32,000 nt of DNA from Nitrososphaera viennensis EN76 (lineage in GTDB: Archaea > Thermoproteota > Nitrososphaeria > Nitrososphaerales > Nitrososphaeraceae), in contig NZ_CP007536.1 in assembly GCF_000698785.1 (NCBI RefSeq), positions 2,460,001 through 2,492,000 on the forward strand, read 5' to 3'. Every line of letters starts with the position of its first letter. The stretch's first letter is position 1. Below the pieces are notes generated by a model. It saw only the letters and a program-made list of their open reading frames with translations, did not search any database and was not told where the DNA came from. Shown in pieces: positions 26,902-32,000 of this stretch. The translations under genes were made by a program, and so were the position numbers.

Positions 26902-27192
26902 TCAGGCCTCTGCATCCCTGGCTGTCTTTTCTCCTGCGGGATACAACATGCGCTGCATTTCCCGGTAGCTGTTCAAAAACCGCTTTCCCTTCTCTGTCGT
27001 ACGATAACGGTTCTTGTTTTGTGAAGCATATTCCAAGAGCTGATTCTCTGTAAGCAGCGCAAGATACTCTTTAAGCTGCGGAAAAGACAAGAAGGCGTTA
27101 TACATTATCTTCGTCTTCAAGACTCCGCCACTGCCCTGCGCTATTTCAAGAATTGCGGCAGCAATATCCATCCTGTTCCGGTACTTCTTCAT
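26902..27192 (-). CDS. Winged-helix DNA-binding protein (HTH_45 family)
   Basis: RNRMDIAAAILEIAQGSGGVLKTKIMYNAFLSFPQLKEYLALLTENQLLEY...YRTTEKGKRFL. The ATG at 27192 is preferred (GTTAAAG TATA-like element about 24 nt upstream) over the TTG at 27234. Confidence 0.72.
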   Translation of the reverse strand: MKKYRNRMDIAAAILEIAQGSGGVLKTKIMYNAFLSFPQLKEYLALLTENQLLEYASQNKNRYRTTEKGKRFLNSYREMQRMLYPAGEKTARDAEA

Positions 27193-27792
27193 ATGCAGCT
27201 TTCGCAAGAAAACTTTAACGAGTTTTTTTTGCAATGTTCTCGATATAGGAGGCCGTACTAACTAATGCACAGATGCATTACCTCCAAAAGACCGGTCATA
27301 CCGTGTAATACACCTGGATCAGCACTTGTTGCTGCTGATTGTCATGATCAGGCGATCTCTGCCCTGCCATCAACACCGAAACCATGGTATGGCTGGCAAA
27401 ACCTGATCTGCGCTCCAGCATATACAAATTAATCTTTTTTAGAAAATATTGATAATAATTGCTGAAATCGCAGTATGACAAATATAGAATACTCTTCAAT
27501 CGGCGGCAATCCTTATATTTTAAAAATCCGTATAATCATACTGGATAGCAGCCAAAGGAAGAAACATCGATACGCTTACACAACGGATCGATGGACGGGA
27601 ATCTTTGGATTGCCGTTTGGTTCCAGAGACTGCTATCCGCTTAAATCGTCATCAACTTTCTGGATTCTCCTCTCTGATGCTGCTTGTCTTCATCCAGCAT
27701 AAGAAGCGAAACCATGCTGAAATCTTGTTAATTAGTTGCTGCCATTGACGGGTGGGAGTGGCTTGCTACCGGCTTCTGGTAGTTCGCAGAAA

Positions 27793-27808
27793 CTTTTTAA
27801 AAAAATTA
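27793..27808 (+). promoter_or_regulatory. TATA-like element for rpl24e
   Basis: ctttttaaaaaaatta centred about 33 nt upstream of the ATG at 27834. Confidence 0.45.
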
Positions 27809-27833
27809 CTGCGGCGGCCAGGACGATCTAGCA

Positions 27834-28076
27834 ATGATGAGGAGAAAGAGAAGCACGGACGATGTTACCTCCACTCGAAGTTTCAGAAATTGCTCATTTT
27901 GTGGAAGGTCGATTCCCGCGGGCACAGGCATAATGCACGTCAGAAACGACGGTCGGATATTGTGGACATGCTCAGATAAATGCAAGAAGAATTTGTTTAT
28001 ACTTCGTCGAGACCCGAGGAAGCTAAAGTGGACTGAAAGGTATGTACTGGGAGGGGCGCAGGTAAAGAAAAAGTAG
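27834..28076 (+). CDS. rpl24e: 50S ribosomal protein L24e
   Basis: [45 protein letters not shown] is the L24e zinc-ribbon signature. It carries about 17 extra N-terminal residues relative to typical L24e. Confidence 0.88.
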   Translation: MMRRKRSTDDVTSTRSFRNCSFCGRSIPAGTGIMHVRNDGRILWTCSDKCKKNLFILRRDPRKLKWTERYVLGGAQVKKK

Positions 28077-28311
28077 CTACCTCTAAAGACATATTCACTC
28101 TGTTGGAGCTCCGGTCGGAATCTGGCCCATCCGCCCGACCAGAGAAAAGGGTATGCAGGTAAAAGAGAAAGAGGGGGGAGTATCCATAATTGGTTCTGCC
28201 CCGAAATCGGGAATTGATGCTGGGTTGCTCCTGCACCTTTCTGTCTTGCCGCTTCTAAGCTGTATAAAATGAGTTTGTCTCTGATTTCAGTTCGATATCA
28301 AGCGATGTCAA

Positions 28312-28575
28312 TCATGACTTGCTACGTAATGATCTGTTTATCATCTCAATCATCGTCTCTGTGGATTCATTACCAAACAGGTCTGTGAGTATTTCGCGCA
28401 CTGACTTTAGAGAGTACGCCTTTCCAGCTTCAAGCGAAATCCCCTGCTGTTCTAGATGATAAAACAGGACATGAAGTCCATCACTACCTAGTATCCCCAA
28501 GCTTTCCTCCATTATCGTCTTGAGGACGGCACCATCTAGAAGCTGGTCTTTGTGACTTTCCTTGGGAATACGCAA
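28312..28575 (-). CDS. Hypothetical small protein
   Basis: 87-aa ORF with a TTG start. LLDGAVLKTIMEESLGILGSDGLHVLFYHLEQQGISLE...ILTDLFGNESTETMIEMI resembles small helical archaeal proteins, but I cannot name a family. Confidence 0.45.
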   Translation of the reverse strand: MRIPKESHKDQLLDGAVLKTIMEESLGILGSDGLHVLFYHLEQQGISLEAGKAYSLKSVREILTDLFGNESTETMIEMINRSLRSKS

Positions 28576-28658
28576 TGGGTAGCTCTGAATCGGTAAGTGA
28601 ATATTAAAGAATATCTGAGAGTTATCTGGAAACAGGGAAGCGGGAGAGGGAAAGGCGT

Positions 28659-29018
28659 GTGCATGTAGGTGAGTTATCTCTGGAATGGCTAGTCAAATCA
28701 CACAATGATATACTGATAGCTGCGTTGCTGGAAGCTGAAAAGCCGCTAGACTGGTATGTTAGAGAGGGGATGCCAGTTCCGAATGAAGAGACATGGCGAC
28801 AGATGATCATAAAGGTCCAACTTATCATGTCGATGGTAAAGGACGCTTCGGGATACCTTGGAGATTTCAAGCACTTGAGCGTACAACACGAACTAGCTGT
28901 TGTGCGCCTTTTCCCGGTAGGAAGAAAGAAGGTGTTGTGTATCGTCTCAAAACCAGAGCCCGAGAGCAAGATCATTGGACTGATCAGAGAATTCATAACT
29001 AGAATAAATGACCTGTAA
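28659..29018 (+). CDS. Hypothetical protein, possibly Roadblock/LC7-like fold
   Basis: 119 aa with a GTG start. The pattern ...ASGYLGDFKHLSVQHELAVVRLFPVGRKKVLCIVSKPE... resembles the C-terminal half of Roadblock/MglB domains (weak, unverified). Confidence 0.4.
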   Translation: MHVGELSLEWLVKSHNDILIAALLEAEKPLDWYVREGMPVPNEETWRQMIIKVQLIMSMVKDASGYLGDFKHLSVQHELAVVRLFPVGRKKVLCIVSKPEPESKIIGLIREFITRINDL

Positions 29019-29185
29019 TTTTGTAACTTGGAAAGTAGGTAAGATCAGAAGCGGTTCGTAACAAGCCAAGCTATATGTGTGCATATATGCTTCTCTTGGC
29101 CGATGGCCCGCTGTCAGCGTACGAAACTTTTCAATGTTAAATAGTCGAATGACGAAATTTACCACGTAGAGAGAGACGTACACGC

Positions 29186-30154
29186 ATGAGCATTTCCCAA
29201 TTGCTGTTTCTGCAACTGTCCCTTGCAGAGATAATTGGAGTAGCTATCGTCGTAATCATATTCCTGGTTCTTATTGCATCCTCTATCAGGATTATTCGGG
29301 AATATGAAAGAGCTGTTGTCTTTAGGCTCGGCAGGCTGATAGGGGCAAAAGGGCCTGGCCTGATAATACTAATTCCGTTCATAGATAGAGCCAACAAGGT
29401 TGACCTGAGAGTAGTCACTCTTGATGTGCCAAAGCAAAAGATAATCACCCTTGACAACGTCACAGTTGACGTAGACGCTGTAGTCTACCTGCGCGTAGAC
29501 GAGCCCAACAATGCAGTTGTCAAGGTCCATGATTATCTTCTTGCATCAAGCCTACTATCCCAAACTACCCTTCGGGACCTAATAGGCCAGACCAGCTTTG
29601 ACGACCTCCTGTCAAGGAGAGAAGAGCTAAACAAGAAGATGCAGGTGATTCTGGACGCTGCAACTGATCCGTGGGGCGTCAAGGTAAGTTCGGTGGCAAT
29701 ACGGGATGTTTCGCTCCCGGAAAACATGCACAGGGCAATTGCAAAACAGGCAGAAGCAGAGAGGGAAAAGAGAGGCAGGATCATTATCGCAGAAGGCGAG
29801 CTTACTGCCGCAGAAAAAATGTCCCAGGCAGCGGAATTTTACACGAGGAACATGGCGGCCATGAGGCTAAGGGAGCTTCAAACCTGGACTGAAATCGCAA
29901 GAGAAAAGAATATGATTGTAGTGACTGGTGGCACCGGCGACCAGCGGGACCTTGGCTCACTACTTGGCATAGTCAAAGAGAGGACACCCCTGACTGAGCA
30001 ATTGGACGAGAGAAAATTGAGGGAGGTTGTCAGACAGGAGCTTGCGGCGTTAATTGACGAGAGGACCATTGGAGGGCGGCAGAAAGCCAGGGAAAGGCAA
30101 GGACAACAACAGGATGAAGGGTCAGATGCAGAAAGGCACCGAGCAGAGGCCTGA
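29186..30154 (+). CDS. SPFH/band-7 protein (stomatin/prohibitin homolog)
   Basis: N-terminal TM, then IRIIREYERAVVFRLGRL...GPGLIILIPFID...VDLRV...LDNVTVDVDAVVYLRV...TLRDLIG...ATDPWGVKV..V.IRDV.LP and the AEAEREKRGRIIIAEGE coiled coil. Confidence 0.92.
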   Translation: MSISQLLFLQLSLAEIIGVAIVVIIFLVLIASSIRIIREYERAVVFRLGRLIGAKGPGLIILIPFIDRANKVDLRVVTLDVPKQKIITLDNVTVDVDAVVYLRVDEPNNAVVKVHDYLLASSLLSQTTLRDLIGQTSFDDLLSRREELNKKMQVILDAATDPWGVKVSSVAIRDVSLPENMHRAIAKQAEAEREKRGRIIIAEGELTAAEKMSQAAEFYTRNMAAMRLRELQTWTEIAREKNMIVVTGGTGDQRDLGSLLGIVKERTPLTEQLDERKLREVVRQELAALIDERTIGGRQKARERQGQQQDEGSDAERHRAEA

Positions 30155-30180
30155 ATGATAACGGGCCATGGCCAGTTTAA

Positions 30181-31710
30181 ATGAAAAGAATCTCTCGTAG
30201 GGAATCATCATCAGTTGCACAGCATCAAAGAAAAATAAAGCTGTTGCAGAAGAGGCTTGCATCCTCTGCTATTGTAGTGATCATGATGATGGTGGTGGTG
30301 ATAATGATTCTTGCTGCAGCCGCCGCTACCCCCACTACTGCTAGTACTGCAGCCTATTCCTCTCTCTTCTTTGCAGCAGGAGGAACAGCATCCGGACAAG
30401 AAGATGATGGCAGTAGTAGTGGTGGTGCGGCAGCCACAGCCACCAGAGCGCGGCAAGTGTTGTGGGTTGATGTTGATGACCTTATATCGTCGGCTACCGC
30501 GGAACATGTCGAATCGGCCATAGCCCGCGCTTCAGACGACCAGTCTGGAGGAGGAGGCGATTTTTCTGCCGTCATCATAGCTTTGGACACTCCCGGTGGC
30601 TCTCTCGACGCAACCCTCAAAATCATAGAAAGCATTCAAGGATCCAGAGTCCCGGTCATAGGCTACGTCTACCCCCCGGGCAAAAGTGCGTGGTCTGCCG
30701 GGACAATAATCCTTGTTGCGACTGATTATGCAGTCATGGCGCCATTTACTACAATAGGTTCTGCCCAGCCAGTAACTGGCACCGGCGTGCCCGTGAACGA
30801 CACAAAGGTTACAAATGCAATTACGGAAAAAGTGGTCAGTCTTGCCCAGTTGCACAACAGAAATGCAACCCAGGCAGCCCGCTTCATAACGCATAATGAC
30901 AACCTTACTCCGGAGAAGGCTTTGCAGGATAACGTTATTGACGCCATAGCAAGCGATCCAAAGGAACTGCTTCAAAATGCGCATAACCTGACTGCAATTA
31001 CGCTTGGCGGTCCAAAGGTCTTGGACGTTGATGCTGATTCTGGGATAGTAATCCACGAGCCAAGCCTTAGAGTCGCACTGGTTGGCGTGCTGGCAAATCC
31101 TGTCCTGTCTACAATACTCCTTACCGTTGGCTTCTTTGCTCTGGTTTTCGGGCTAACGTCTCCTGGTTTTGGCGCCGAAATAGCCGGCGCTGCGATGATA
31201 ATCCTTGCATTGATAGGACAGGGGTTTGATATCAACTGGGCCGCCTTTGCACTGCTGGCAATAGGGGTGGGCCTTCTTGCCTACGAGCTTTACTCTCCCG
31301 GATTTGGTGCGGCAGGTATTGGCGGCGTAATAGTTATCCTGGTAGGGACAACGCTCATGATAACCCAGCCTGTAGGGCCGGTATTGATAAGCGAAGAACA
31401 TCTGTCGAATCTTGCCCTGCTATCGATGATAGTTGTCGTCCCGTTTGGCGGCTTTTTTGGCCTGATAACGTACAAGGCATGGAAGGCAAAGACAAGAAAG
31501 CCGTTGCAATTTGTGCTTCAGAGCGATAAAGGGGTCGCGCTCGATCCTATCTCAACCAGCACGCCGGGTTTTGTATCTGTGGGCGGCGAATACTGGAAAG
31601 CCCGGACGACAGGCGGGATTGAAATCGGAAAAGGAGAGCAAGTACGAGTAGTCAAGAAGGAAGGGGATTTGCTGATAGTCGAGCCTTTGCAAAAGGAAGA
31701 GCAAACCTAG
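30181..31710 (+). CDS. NfeD-family membrane-bound ClpP-class serine protease (stomatin operon partner)
   Basis: VIIALDTPGGSLDATLKII..I..S.VPVIGYVYP.GKSAWSAGTIIL (ClpP-like fold with SAGT serine), multiple TM helices, and a C-terminal OB-fold NfeD domain (GFVSVGGEYWKARTTGG.IEKGEQVRVVKKEGDLLIVEP). Confidence 0.9.
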   Translation: MKRISRRESSSVAQHQRKIKLLQKRLASSAIVVIMMMVVVIMILAAAAATPTTASTAAYSSLFFAAGGTASGQEDDGSSSGGAAATATRARQVLWVDVDDLISSATAEHVESAIARASDDQSGGGGDFSAVIIALDTPGGSLDATLKIIESIQGSRVPVIGYVYPPGKSAWSAGTIILVATDYAVMAPFTTIGSAQPVTGTGVPVNDTKVTNAITEKVVSLAQLHNRNATQAARFITHNDNLTPEKALQDNVIDAIASDPKELLQNAHNLTAITLGGPKVLDVDADSGIVIHEPSLRVALVGVLANPVLSTILLTVGFFALVFGLTSPGFGAEIAGAAMIILALIGQGFDINWAAFALLAIGVGLLAYELYSPGFGAAGIGGVIVILVGTTLMITQPVGPVLISEEHLSNLALLSMIVVVPFGGFFGLITYKAWKAKTRKPLQFVLQSDKGVALDPISTSTPGFVSVGGEYWKARTTGGIEIGKGEQVRVVKKEGDLLIVEPLQKEEQT

Positions 31711-32000
31711 AGAGAGCGGCAAAAGAAGAGTCTCTATCTACATGTCACTCATACTTCTCTATGCGGTGGCTCTGCCATGACTAGAGAGAGATATCTATAA
31801 CAGATCAGGCACTGGTTTTCATATGATAAAATATTTCATGCATTCATTATGTTAGGCATAATTGTTCTATTCCCTTTACAGATGTTACAAGTGATCATGT
31901 TGGGCCATACGGGATCTAGGACTGCTGCTCAGCACAGCAGAGCTATATGCTGCTTCATTTTTTTGAACAACTATCTATCGCGTCCATTATCACCTGTGCC

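Noticed and set aside
27296-27702. Track ORFs 27296-27499 (minus strand) and 27475-27702 (plus strand) in the AT-rich stretch.
   Set aside because: Their composition is poor and stop-codon-avoiding (Tyr/Leu/Ser/Ile-rich). There are no motifs and no suitably spaced promoter element, so I treated the stretch as non-coding or degraded.
28077-28311. 235-bp convergent spacer after rpl24e, examined for SRP RNA, RNase P or other structured RNA.
   Set aside because: Only short helices were found (GGTCGG/CCGACC, CCCG-AAAT-CGGG), and no conserved SRP or RNase P motifs that I can recognise. It needs a covariance-model search; noted within the AT-rich block finding only.
31707-31790. 10-bp direct repeat CTAGAGAGAG (31707-31716 and 31781-31790) and a CTGCTG/CAGCAG hairpin plus T7 run in the AT-rich tail after nfeD.
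   Set aside because: These are short, low-complexity repeats. No ORF or recognisable element lies between them, and the window ends before context can be judged.

Overview
Archaeal chromosomal window. The gene set (ribosomal protein L24e, CofE, fused AhbA/B siroheme decarboxylase, two-subunit 2-oxoacid:ferredoxin oxidoreductase, amicyanin-like cupredoxin, HTH_45 winged-helix regulators) and AT-rich TATA elements about 25-30 nt before start codons fit a soil ammonia-oxidising thaumarchaeon; that taxon is inference only. Most of the window is core metabolism: pdxS-pdxT, aconitase, OFOR alpha/beta, sufC, a Cld/HemQ-like + DUF1802 + aldo-keto reductase operon convergent with ahbA/B, leuCD, cofE, and stomatin + NfeD. 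There are two tRNAs, Arg-TCG (minus) and Ser-GCT (plus). I found no rRNA and no CRISPR array. The core is interrupted by short stretches that look AT-richer by eye (not computed) and carry the unusual content. (1) At the left edge an IS transposase, open at the window boundary and absent from the ORF track, abuts a tightly coupled five-gene cassette led by an AbrB-type protein. (2) A lone HEPN-like (Rx4H) gene sits just past the 3' end of tRNA-Arg. (3) A frameshifted relic of the same IS family lies directly upstream of an orphan sufC. (4) A gene-poor block follows tRNA-Ser. Several small Cys-rich or zinc-ribbon ORFs, two of them below the ORF-track cutoff or frameshifted, and several regulatory palindromes and repeats are also reported. 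All family assignments rest on motif recognition by eye; no database search was run.
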